Made by a program: the position numbers and the translations under genes. Below are positions 52,356-63,687 of a stretch of 64,000 nucleotides of DNA, piece by piece; within the stretch, counting starts at the first letter, position 1, and the number at the start of each line of letters is the position of its first letter. Below the pieces are notes generated by a model that ran no database searches, was not told the origin of the DNA, and was given only the letters and a program-made list of their open reading frames with translations. Origin of the DNA: Octopus sinensis. Taxonomy: Eukaryota. The stretch covers positions 186,001 through 250,000 of the forward strand of contig NW_021832602.1 of the NCBI RefSeq assembly GCF_006345805.1, written 5' to 3'.

Positions 52356-53136
52356 TGTTTTTTTATTTTTATTAAACATTCTATGAAACCTGATTTCTTG
52401 ATACCTATATACTAACACAATATATGGTTGGGTTTTAAAATCTGCCTTTTATATAACGTCTTGATAGGGAAACCTCGACCGAGAGCTATAGACACGTTGT
52501 AGATATAAACAAACTTTCATAATTTCGTATTGAGAGTTTCTGTCCACTTTTAGGACAAATTTGTGTTAGTTAGATGGGTTCTTTTAATCCTTTTATTCTT
52601 TATTGTCCTTGAAGTCTATTTCTGTTGTTTTAATTTTTTTTGTTTATTAAAATCCTATAAACAATGGATTCGTCGTCCATATTGCGAACGACAACAAGGA
52701 GTTGAATTCTTTTTGTAATATCTGAGCTTTCATCCACATGAAGCGCAAAAAATTCAATTTTTTTATTTGCCGAACCAAACTGCTTTCGACCTCATCAGAC
52801 ATATACATGATCCGTCTGCTGACCGAAGTATTTGAAATAGGTAATAAATTGAAGAGTGTCTATCTATTCCAGGTATTTACGAAAAGGTATCATGTTCTCG
52901 GACAGCTGATAGTGAGTATATGAACATTAATGGAAATGTTCATAAAGAAACAACCACTTATTAGCCCTAGTTATCATCATTAAAATGATCACCTAAATGC
53001 AGTATCAAACATTGATCGCATTCATCCTAAGTAGAAGAAGAAACTCGATTCTGCAAACAGAGAAATAAAAAAAATTACAAGCACACGCATAAGTAGGTAA
53101 CATCTATAAAGTCATACAGTCGGAATTCGTTATGAG

Positions 53137-54370
53137 TAGGGCAACATAAGTCAATAAAGTCAACTTCAATCCAGAGTTAGACTTAAGTCTAAAAATAATG
53201 ATTAAATTAAAATAAAGTCAAAAAAATGTTTATATAAAAAGTTCTTTAGGTCAATTTGGTCAGCTTTTTAGATTTTCAGGTCAATTTTTTTAATTAGGTC
53301 AATTTTTAAATAAAAATTTGAATACTATTATTTAAATCATCAAAATAAATTTAAAATAGTCGCAGTGACATTTGTCTCTTATTGTAACAAATTTTAAACT
53401 AAATTATAGTGTACTTATGCCTAAAAATAAACCTTCGGATTTTAAAAAAGCTAAAAATATTTGTGAAAAATATCCTAAAGAGTTTACAATTACACCAAAT
53501 GGAATGCTTTTTTGTAAATTATGTGAGTTACATGTGACATGCAAGAAACAATTTTTTGTGAACAAACACAGGGAAATACAGAAACACTCTTCCCGAACAA
53601 ATAATATATCCACAAATAAAAAACAATTGAATATTGTTCCTCCAAATTATGTCTTCAGAAATTTTGCAACAGACGTAACAGAAGCATTTGTATCCGCAAA
53701 CATTCCGCTCTATAAATTGAGAAATTAAAGCTGTTTCTTACTATGCTACAAACCTGCCAAATGTTATTCAAGTATGCACTTCCTTAGAAGGAAATTTTTT
53801 GCTCATTAAAAGAGCGAAAGAATGTTTATTTAATGAACAACTTCATGAAGATCTAACAACGATAATATCACAATATTCACCTTTATTACATTTGCTTGAT
53901 GATTTAGAATCGACCATTTTACTATAAAAAAAGCATTCAATTATTTGAAAACATTGGATTTTAAGAGACGTGTGTGGAATAAAAAATTATATTATCAAAA
54001 GGATGAATTCCAATGATATCACAAAAATTATGAATTTCGATGATCATTCCATTTCACCTTTAGATTATTCTTTGTTGATGAATGTCAGGCAACATATTGC
54101 GCAGTAGAACGATCATCTTCGATTCTTAACAAAATCTTAACCAAGGATAGGAATTTTAAAGTGGATAATGTAAAATATTACTTAATTGTAAATAACTCGA
54201 TAAACGATGAATAAAATTACTTTAAATTTTCATAAACGTAGTTTATATATGAAAATAAAGTAGTATTTTTACGGTCAATTATTTGGTCAATTTTTAAAAT
54301 TTTAAGGTCAATTAAATTGACTTTTTAAGGGCAATTTTTATTTTTTTAAGTCAATAAAAATGTTGCTCTA
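53137..54370 (+). mobile_element. Complete internally deleted CGGBP1-like hAT element (1234 bp)
   Basis: 11-bp TIR TAGGGCAACAT/TAGAGCAACAT; perfect 8-bp TSD GTTATGAG (53129-53136 and 54371-54378); FCKLCE BED finger and AFVSANIPLYKLRN; GGTCAA subterminal repeats. Confidence 0.92.
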
Positions 54371-54479
54371 GTTATGAGCCATACTTCGAAGATGTTATGA
54401 GCCACCTAAAAATTGCTAAAAACTAAATAGTTTTCAATATATTTGATTTATGCATTCTCCCCCCTCCCCCCAACTCGAG

Positions 54480-55560
54480 GTCGGTGTCCGAAATGGCTGC
54501 TCATTCGATTCGTTAATGAATGGAATCGTCCGAGGAGTTTATCATAATTAAACTCGACGTTTCGAACACAGCCGGAGTGCTGTCGCGAACTGGTTTCCTT
54601 CCTACATCTTTTCGTGGATCTCTCATATGCTTCCCAAGCATCCTTATGTTCAACGATTTTCCTATCTCTTCGTCCATCTGGGTCCACCAGGGTGATCCCC
54701 TGAGCCCCCTACTTTTTGCTTTGGGCGTTAATCGTATCGCCCACTCTGTCGGATCCCCTATTAACATTTGGTACCCGGATGTCGCAACCATTTGTGGTTC
54801 TCCCAATGTTGTTTTCACGACCTCCGCTCTATTTTCCCTTCCCTCTCGGACATCGGCCTATCTATAAATGCAGACAAATCCAAAATTGTGAACATTCATC
54901 CCAATCCAAGTATGTCATCGCCGCAATTTCCATATACCAATTGTTCTTTCAGACGTCCAAATTACATTGTCTGGAAAAATCTTAAACTTATCCAAAATGA
55001 TCGAGAAGCTTAGAGACATCGAACCCCATGTGGCTCTTTTTCTCTTTCGAAACCACTTTTCCGTTCCCAAGATCCTTTACACGTTAAGATGTGCACCATG
55101 TTTTCACAGAGATCACCTTCTTTCCTACTCTGACAATATCATCAGGCTCGGCACGCGCTCATTTTGAAATCTGGCCTTTTACGATCCCGGCTGGACTCAG
55201 GCATTTTTACCTGTGGGCTGGGGCGACCTTGGCATGAGATCCTATTCCTATCTGGCCCTTTCAGCGTTCCTATCCGTTCACCCTGCTTCTTGTTCTCTCT
55301 CAGACATCGTTCTCAGGAACCTTCCCGAACGGAAATTGTCTAAAGATTACTCGGCTGCTTGTGGTCGGTTGGAACCTTGGTTTGGTTCGAGGCTGCTCAA
55401 TTCTCCATTCATCCAACGGCAGTGGGACGAGATCGTTTGTCAGCCGACTTTCGAAGACCTGGCTTCTGTTTCTAATCAACACTGACTCGTTTGCTTCCAT
55501 GCAGGTTGCTGTCAAAGCAGCGGTATTTGGCTAAAGACTCTCCCTCTCCTCTCCATCGGA
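54480..55560 (+). mobile_element. Degenerate CRE RT region
   Basis: VHQGDPLSPLLFAL..NIWY..; PKILYTLRC; GWGDLGMRS; QRQWD. Confidence 0.85.
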
Positions 55561-55562
55561 TT

Positions 55563-55695
55563 AGTCCTTTCAACATTTCGTGTAGTAGTCATCGATTGAA
55601 TTCGAATGGGATTGTTTCTTACCGACTTTGACATTTTCAACTTTAACTGCTTGTTTTTTTATCGCTTTGTTTGATAAATAGCTTCCGCGCAATGC
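55563..55695 (-). pseudogene. ispG: Bacterial-type ispG (gcpE; HMBPP synthase) 5' remnant
   Basis: Across small indels it reads CAEAIYQTKR*KT..AVKVENVKVG..NPIRIQSMTTT.RNV. PI(R/V)(I/V)QSMTTT is the conserved IspG N-terminus (recalled motif, no search run). Confidence 0.7.
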
Positions 55696-55766
55696 AGGAC
55701 TGTCCCTTGAAATTTTCAATCAAAAATTTTACCAAACATTTTGATCCATCTAAAAGTTGGAAGTCA

Positions 55767-58700
55767 ATAGACATCATCATTCAAGCTTTAATCCCCTTTT
55801 TTTCTATTATCCTTCTCGGGTATTTGGCTGGCAGCTTCAAAATTTTGGCAATGGTCAAAGTGATTGTTTAACCTGCCATTGCTTTCCTTTTATTATTATT
55901 AGCACTGTCATAGGAACATAATGTAATTTAAACTAATTAAGTTCCCACATGTGCCACATATGAGACTATCTTTTCGGTCATAATTTTCCATGATGTGCGG
56001 TTGTATGCTATACTCCTGAGAGTATCTAGGTCGTCTCCATTTTTCAGTTGTCTTTTAACGCGTTGTAGTTCTTTTGAGATTACAATAGGTAATGTATTTC
56101 GTGGGCGTCCTCGGGACGCAGATCTTTCGTCCTTTGCGTAATATGATTCCATTGCCCAGTTAGCATAAACATCCTGGTCGAGTCTTAGAATGTGGCCCAA
56201 TAGGCGCCAACGTGCTTCGGTAATGTCCACACTGACGGGTCTGCTGTTGCAGATATTGTATAGGGTGGAGTTCTTGATTTTCTTTGGCCAGTTGATGCCA
56301 ATAAGAATTCTTAACTGTCTTCTATGGAATGCATCAAGAGATTTTGATTCAGACTCAGATATTCCCCATGTTCCTCCGTTGTACAAAAGTATGGGTTTAA
56401 TAAAAGCATTGTATAATTTGGCACGTAAGGCCGTTCCAACCTCGCGGTTTCGTAGCCAAGTGGTCCGCAGTTTGTTAAGTGCAACAGTCGATAGCATCTT
56501 TCTCCTCATAATGTCTTCACTATCTCCTAAAAGAGTTCCAACTTTTTTCGAGTTTCGCCATTTCGTCTGTTCTATTTGCCTCCCGGTTGATTGTTACATA
56601 TTCGGTTTTTTCTATGTTCACTTTTAAGAACCATTTTTCCAGTGCCTGAGGAGCAATGTTCAGCAGTTCTTCGAGAGTCGACTTATCATGAGACAAAAAG
56701 TCTACATCGTCGGCATATATCACTTCAGTTATTGAAGTAGACTTCACTAGTTTTCTCAGATCTCTTAGTGCCGCTTCAAGATAGACAATGAATAGTACAG
56801 GTGATATTGAATCACCTTGGGGCGTTCCAATGCTTGTTTTGAAAGATCTTGATTGTACGGGTCCGATCTTCACCGTTAACTCGGTGTCTATAAGTAGTGC
56901 TCGAACCATTCTGATCGAGTCATTGTCAAGATAGTTTTGAGGATCTCCATTAGCTTGTCTCTGCGGATTGTATCAAATGCCCTGCTCATATCAATGCCCA
57001 ATATTGTGGTCGCCATTTTAAATTTCTGAGATATGGCACAGATCCATCTATGTCCCCATACTACATCTGCAGTTGATCGCCCAGGCCTGAATCCACTTTG
57101 GCTAGCCGACAGATATTCATTAACAGGGTCCTTAATACGTTCCAGTGTTACGAGCGAGAAGATTTTCCTTATTGTGTTCAAGAGTATGATTGGGCGAATG
57201 TTGTTAAGAGGACCTTGCGGCTTGTTGGGTTTTTGGAGAGGAATTAGCGTTCCTTTCCCAATAGGCGGTATGGTATTTCCATGGAACATCTCGTTCAGGA
57301 GATTTGTGATTATAGTTGAGATCTCCATTGGGGAGTACTTTATCAATTCACCGTTGATGTTGTCTGGACCCGCCGCACGGTTGTTTTTTAATTTTTTATA
57401 GCCTTCAAAACTTCAAGGTGTGTTATTTTGTTGTTTAGATAACGTTCTTCACCCTCATCGAGAGCATCGGCCCTGCCATTGAATAGTATTTCGAAGTGGT
57501 CGGCGATTGTATTTACCATTTCGATTGGGTTTCCAATTGTTTTCCCATGTTCATCGTGCACAACCAGTTTTGTTTTCTGTTGTCGTCGGCGTAGTAGTCT
57601 GATGGCTGCGTACATTTGCGCACCATCCTTTAAGTCTTCAACTTCTGATATTCGAGAGTTTAATAAAGCTTTCACGTATTTAAGATTTTCCTTCTTGATT
57701 GTTCTCGATATTTTCCTACGTTCTCTTTTGAGTTTTTCCTTTGCCTCCTTGTCGTTGGTGTTTTCAATTTTCAGTTGGATGGCTTTTTGTTTTGTTGCCA
57801 TTTCGGCAACATTTGGATTCAATGGGTTTGAGTGGTTTCTGAATGCAGTCGTTCCAATGGTTTCCGTTGCAGCTTTGTGAATAAGTTTTTCTAATATATC
57901 CCAGCTTTTGTTTGGGTCTTTTACCGTTTCTGTTACTTTTAGGTTTTCGATGATTGCCTGGGAGTATTTTTCCTTGGTAACATCTGATGTAATCAGTTTT
58001 TCCACTGAGTATCTAATTCGGTTTGATTCATTTTCTTTTGAAAGAGGCGATCCAAAAATTCTTTTCAGTCTCAATCGTGCCACAATGACTTTGTGATCGC
58101 TCAGTGTAAGTGCCCCGCATATGACCTGGCATCCAGCAATCGATGTTTTTCTTCTTGTCTACAGATGATATAATCGATTTGATTATAGATGTTGACGTAC
58201 TCCCCATTTTTGTTTCTTCTAGTCCCGGTCCACGTGGTTTTATGACGTGCCGCATGAGGAAAGACCGTATTGCATAGCAGTAGCTTGAATATGCTGCAGA
58301 AGTTCACAAGCATTTCACCTGGTGCATTTCTTATCCCCCGTCCGTGTCTGCCCATGAACACTTCTTCACCACGGCCTTTGCCTGCCTTAGCATTCCAATC
58401 ACCGGCAATTAGTATAAGGAAGGATGTTTTTATACTCGTGTAGGTCTTTGATAGCATGTGATAGAAAGAGTCTAGTTCATCCACGTTCTTCTTCAGTCTT
58501 CCACTTTGTGGGGCGTAGACATTTATAATGCTGATTATTCGATCCGTGTTGGTCAAAGTTTTTTGTCTCAGTTGTAGTACACATATGCGGTCGTTCACAC
58601 GGTAGTATTTGTGAATTGAATTCCAAAAGGTCTTATGAATGCCAAACCCCTGCCCATAATGACGTGATTCTGATGGAAGGAGAATGATTCGATACTCGTT

Positions 58701-59107
58701 GTGTATCTCATCTAGCCCGCCTTTGACCTTCGTTTCTTGAAAGCATCCGATAGTTGCACCATATGCATTCAGATCCCGGCATAGGATTTTTCGCTTGGAT
58801 AGGTCAGATAGTCCTCTGACATTGAATGATAGCAAAGTAAAATCTCTTTGTAGCCTCATATGTGATTAAGACTTTGTGCAATAGAGTTGCGTCACTAACT
58901 CAACCAGAGTGCTTTCCTTTTCTTATGTAATTTCAATGTTGACCAAACATGTGAATCGGAGAATTTTTGCTGAGTGCATTGCAAACGACTGTGATCTTGC
59001 TGTGCTTATTGACTACTACCAAACCTATTTGCAAAAAGCTTTTTTCAATTCTAATCATTACAGTTACAACATTGCTCATTGTAATTAAACTGGGTTTGAG
59101 GCTTTGA
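55767..59107 (+). pseudogene. AEC (auxin-efflux-carrier/PIN-like) family transporter remnant, internally deleted and split by the RTE (pieces 55767-55891 and 58910-59107)
   Basis: (I)DIIIQALIPFFSIILLGYLAG..; after removing the RTE and one TSD, PAIAFLFLCNFNVDQ; C-terminal LLSAL.TTV..YQTY.QKA..ILIITV. Confidence 0.6.
55892..58909 (-). mobile_element. Near full-length RTE-clade LINE (3018 bp) with a 12-bp TSD
   Basis: SFNVRGL, GDWNAK, NQIDYI, SDH endonuclease; RPIILL, GTPQGDSISP, YADD RT; (TAA)n tail; TSD TGCTTTCCTTTT at 55880-55891 and 58910-58921; four frameshifts and no internal in-frame stops in the reconstructed frame. Confidence 0.95.
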
Positions 59108-59139
59108 GGATCAATTCATTCTTGACAAGAAACATCAAT

Positions 59140-59462
59140 TCATTCTTCAATTTTTGCTGCTAAAATAAAATCGCTTTCACTCAGATCGTTAATTTTATAA
59201 TTCCAAACACGCAATTTGATCATTTCCCATGCTAAGAAAATATTCGGATGATGCTTTTCTTTTTTCCAACTTTTCTTATCACATTGATAAAAACTAACCC
59301 ATCCTTAAAGTTTTTAAACTTATACTATCTTTCCAAATAATGTTCTTCAATAATTTTCAATCCAGAGTCCAATTGCATATAAAGAGGTTTAAGTACCTCT
59401 GCCTGTAATGTTATATCCTCCGAAACACAGGGTACACATTTTTTCTCTGTTAAATTATTAAT
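59140..59462 (-). pseudogene. phhB: Bacterial-type pterin-4a-carbinolamine dehydratase remnant
   Basis: NLTEKKCVPC..ER*YKFKNF..HHPNIFLAW..WNYKINDLSESDFILAAKIE. The CxxC N-terminus and DF.LAAKI C-terminus are bacterial-type rather than animal PCBD. No ATG and one internal stop. Confidence 0.82.
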
Positions 59463-60005
59463 TGGACCGTTTGTGAAAAAACTTCTGTTTCGTCCCAAGG
59501 AAAAACGACAGGAAATCGCTTGATCAGCTTGAAACCTTCGCCTTTATCATATAAATTGAAGGATAACTGATACTTAAAATTATTATTTCAATTGGAAATG
59601 GTTTGTTTGAGTGACCTTAAAATCTCTTCATCTTCTAAAAAGGTTCCATAAATAAAAATAACTCTTGAATCTGGCCATTTAGTTTTGAAAATATCTGTGC
59701 ATTTAAAAGAAACGTTCTTGATATGATGCCCCTTAGCTACATGCTCTGGTAATTTTACAAACTGACAAATCCGTTTAATTCCAGTAAATGGCAGCTGAAA
59801 AAATGTCCTAAGATACTCCACGCCCTCTATCTAAACCCAGTTCAAGAGTTTTGATACTTGTCTCTATTGCCATCTCTTCAAAAGTCAAAAGAGGGGGTTT
59901 TCTATAGGTATACAGTTCTTGAGCTTTTTGTTGCCTTAAAAAAGTTTGCTGATCCGGTAAGGACTACGCATGATATATTTTTTAATAGGGAATAGTCAAT
60001 CCCAC
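59458..60005 (-). pseudogene. Bacterial class I SAM-dependent methyltransferase remnant (Chlamydiae-like by recalled motifs)
   Basis: SPYRISK..YTYRKPPL (YGETP-like)..ELGLDRGR (ELGxGRG)..NVSF..IFIYGT..ED..ISYP..FPW; frameshifts; its stop overlaps the start region of the dehydratase. Confidence 0.7.
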
Positions 60006-60270
60006 CGTATCCGTATCCCCAACAAAGTAAAGCCTCTTATTTTCACGTCTATATCACTTAAATTGACGACATAACCAGCCCAAAGCGTTTTATTCTTGTC
60101 AAAAAGACTTATTCCAGAAAAGTGTTGATTAGGATCAGCTGTCATCTCCAGAGTTAAAGAGGGCTCGTCTTCAACATCAAGAGAGACAATTTCCCACCAA
60201 GCAAGCTCGGAATAATCCAGAACAAGCTGTGAATAAGATTTTATAGAAACAAAGAATAAAGTTCGAAGAC
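60005..60270 (-). pseudogene. MBL-fold metallo-hydrolase (RomA/NAPE-PLD family, bacterial type) internal fragment
   Basis: ELAWWE..QHFSGISLFDKNKTLWAGYVV..LYFVGDT. Confidence 0.78.
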
Positions 60271-60284
60271 AATGTAATTAAAGT

Positions 60285-60345
60285 TGATTTAGGTGTTCAG
60301 TCAATCGATTTTGATACTTACTTTTCATTCGCGTGAGTTTGCCGA
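60285..60345 (-). mobile_element. Short hAT transposase C-terminal remnant
   Basis: AAGTATCAAAATCGATTGACTG on the minus strand resembles 62605-62645 (KYRNRLTD). Confidence 0.5.
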
Positions 60346-60549
60346 AAAAAGCTTTACATGCATAAGATAGTTAAAATATGTAAAAAAAATTTCACCATGA
60401 AAAGTTTACTGTACGAAACAAACAGAAAAAAAGTACAGAGGCTCTTAATTCTGTTATTTTTATTTATTTTTCAAAAGAAAATTTATTCGCCTTTCATAAA
60501 AACATGAAACCTTGAAAAAGAAAATTATTCAGTCAATTTAAAAGTGATA

Positions 60550-60811
60550 CAGTGGAACTTCATATTGGGGCGACCTCGGATTTTGGCATCCTCAGGTTTT
60601 AAGGCACTTTGAATTTCTACTGGAAGTTTCTTTCTATCAAGAATAAATTCTTTATAAGATAAATCCCGTTATGAGGCATTTAACCTTATATATAGTTTTT
60701 AGTACAATTTTTTAAATTTTATTGTATAATAAATAATTATTATATGTTTTTGTTGATATGCCAAAGAGAATTTCTGTCAAAGACAAATTAGAGATTGCGA
60801 AGGGTTTAGAA
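60550..60811 (+). mobile_element. pogo-like element 5' end, interrupted by the hAT
   Basis: TA|CAGTGGAACTTC terminus; ORF start MPKRISVKDKLEIAKGLE (psq/HTH-like) runs into the hAT TSD. Confidence 0.55.
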
Positions 60812-63257
60812 CAGCGGTTCTCAACCGCGGCCCGCCACAATTTTGGTGCAACCCGATTAAAATTATAAAAATATATTAAATATTTTGCACATTAATGTTT
60901 AAATAATATTGTTTGTGATGTCTGATAAACGTGTTAAACGAAGTAGAAAAATTATTCATGAAAATCGTGCATTTAACCCCGAATGAGAGGAAAAATTTTT
61001 TGTTTTTGAAGAAAATGGTAACGCACATTGCCTAATTTGTCATTCTGTCATACGATGTCTTAAGACATATAATGTCGAGAGACATTATTCGAAACATTCT
61101 TCTGAATATGATTCACTTCAAGGTGAATCAAGAAAAATAAAATTTCAAATCGCAAACTACAAACGAATTTGTTAAAACAGCCCCACTTATCAAGATCCGT
61201 AACATTAGCTTCATACAAAATAAGTATCTACTTGCAAAAAATATGAAGCCATATTCAGATGGAGAATTCATTAAGCAAGCTATTCATATATTTACAGAAG
61301 AATGTTGCTCTTCAGAAATTAAAAAAATTGGTCGAAACTTACAGCTTGGCAATGATACAGTTTCTCGGAGAATTGAGAGCATATCTGACGATCTTCATTA
61401 CCAGCTACTCACTTAATCCAAGTTTTTCGTACACTATTCTATTTCTCTTGACATCACTAAAGATATCAGTAATACAGAACAAATGGCCGTGTTTATTCGG
61501 GGTGTCATGCCTGACTTCAAAATTTACGAATAATTTCTCTCGTTACCTAGTTTTCATGGTTCTACTAAAGGAGTTTATATATTTCGCGAATTTCGCGATT
61601 GTCTTGAAATGGCACATTTGAATCCTTCAAAAATGTTTTCAATTGGTACAGATGGATGTCCTTATGGTTGAATGGAAAACTGGATTTCAAGGTCTCGTAG
61701 CTGGATGGCGAGTAGATGATGAGTTGAGTCCTGTGATTTGGCATCACTGCATCCTGCATCAAGAAAATTTAGCCGCGAAATCTATGAAAATGGACCATGT
61801 TACAAAAACGGTCATTTCGATCGTAAATTTTATTCGATCCCGTGCTTTAAATCACCGGAATTTCAAGATATTTCTCGAGGATGTTGACGCCGAGTATGGA
61901 AATTTGCTTATGCATACAACTGTACGATGGTTGAGTCGGGCAGCATGTCTAAAAAGGTTATATAAATTTAAACTAAATCGCATTTAGATTTTATGACCTT
62001 CTCCCGGAGATTATGCATTTTATTGACAATAAGATATTTTATCCTCAGCTTACTGATAAGGAGTGGATTACAGATTTAGCATTTATGGTAGATATTTCTA
62101 CGCACCTTTCAATTTTGAATACTTCTCTGCAGGGTAGGGGCAAACTATGTCATGAATTGTACGGAATGGTTTCTTCATTTATCGAAAAACTACACACCTT
62201 TGGAATAACAAATTGAAAGTAGAGTTTTACCATTCATTTCCCAATACTTTCAAATCACAGGGAAGATGGATTCTATGAAAAATATATCTGCGTTATTAGT
62301 GACTTAATCGATGAATTCGAAACACGTTTTAATGATTTTAAAGAAGCTCTACCTATTATGAAAATATTTTCGTCACCTATGGAAACAGATGCTGCACCGC
62401 TCCATACATACACTGGAACTAATTGAAATGCAGGCAGATTTACAACTTACCGCGCATTTAAGTCAAGTGAACTATTGGATTTTTGGGGTCGAATTCCACA
62501 GTGGAAATATCCGAACTTGGTCGATATGCTCAAAAAAATGCATCAGTCTTCGGACCAACGTATACATGTGAAGCTCTTTTCAGCAAACTTACGCAAATAA
62601 AAACAAAGTATCGAAATCGATTGACTGATGGACACCTAATCAACTTTTACGCACATCGTGTTCGACGTTTATTCCCTGTTTCGACAAAATAATAGACGCC
62701 AAACAGAATCAAGTCTCTGCATTGATTTTTATTACTTAATAAAGCCTTCTTTTCATTAATAACATAAAATATTTTTTGTGCGGCCCGCAAAGATATTCTT
62801 AATTATCGATTTGGACCATGAGCTAAAAAGGTTGAGAACCCCTGGTGCAAATCGACGAGTGTAAATTTTTTCACAGAAAGTACCATCAAGGTCATTGGCG
62901 ATCAGGCCATTGGGTGGAATAGACAGGGAAACTAGAAAGTGCTTTTTTGAAGAAGTTGCTGGTTCTTTTTTCCATTTATCCTTTAGACAGAACAGCGGAA
63001 ACACTTAATGAAGTTATCGTTCGACGCGTACTTCCCGGCACCCATATCATTACTGATGGTTGGGCAGCCTATAGTGGGATTTTTACTCCCTGTTTCGACA
63101 AAATAATAGACGCCAAACAGAATCAAGTCTCGCATTGATTTTTATTACTTAATAAAGCCTTCTTTTCATTAATAACATAAAATATTTTTTGTGCGGCCCG
63201 CAAAGATATTCTTAATTATCGATTTGGCCCATGAGCTAAAAAGGTTGAGAACCCCTG
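60812..63257 (+). mobile_element. Buster/SPIN (GTF2IRD2-like) hAT element with a duplicated right end
   Basis: TIR CAGCGGTTCTCAACC / GGTTGAGAACCCCTG; TSD GTTTAGAA (60804-60811) / CTTTAGAA (63258-63265); CLIC BED finger, HCILHQE, VRWLSR, TYTCEALFS; many frameshifts. Confidence 0.92.
62845..63080 (+). mobile_element. Captured Merlin transposase fragment with a 25-nt intron
   Basis: VQIDECKF..GIDRETRKCFFEEVA|DRTAETL..GTHIITDGWAAY; GT-AG intron at 62962-62986. Confidence 0.8.
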
Positions 63258-63687
63258 CTTTAGAAACTAAAAACCCTGTATACTCGTCATCTTTGGAACT
63301 ACGGAAGATTTAATAGGCAAGAAATTAATGCCGGCCATTCATAACTTAAAAAGAGAAGGCCAGCTCCCAACAATTTTTGTTTGTTGTGGCTTTGCAAGAA
63401 AAGAAAAGACGCACAATGTTTTTCGAGGAGAAATGAAAGACGATGTCAATAAACACTTTCATGTAAAGCCAATTGATGAAATAGTTTGGAGGAACTTCCA
63501 AAACCAGGTTTTTTATGACCAATCTGTATTCGATAACGAAGAAGGTTCCATGACCACTTGTGCGAGAAACTTGCAACGATAATATATGGAAAATATGTAC
63601 CGGATAAGTGGTTCTACACCGAAATCACACATCTTATTCCCAAAAAAGCAGAGAGATAAAAATGGCTCCATAGAGCGTTGCATAAAC

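Noticed and set aside
55767-59107. AEC remnant as a host GPR155/LYCHOS ortholog
   Set aside because: Not fully excluded, but the N- and C-terminal pieces fit a short stand-alone AEC protein, no intron is required, and it sits among bacterial-type genes.
55563-60270. Bacterial segment as simple contamination or a chimeric contig
   Set aside because: The genes are pseudogenised, an RTE with a TSD sits inside them, and host TEs flank both sides. Read-level confirmation is still needed.
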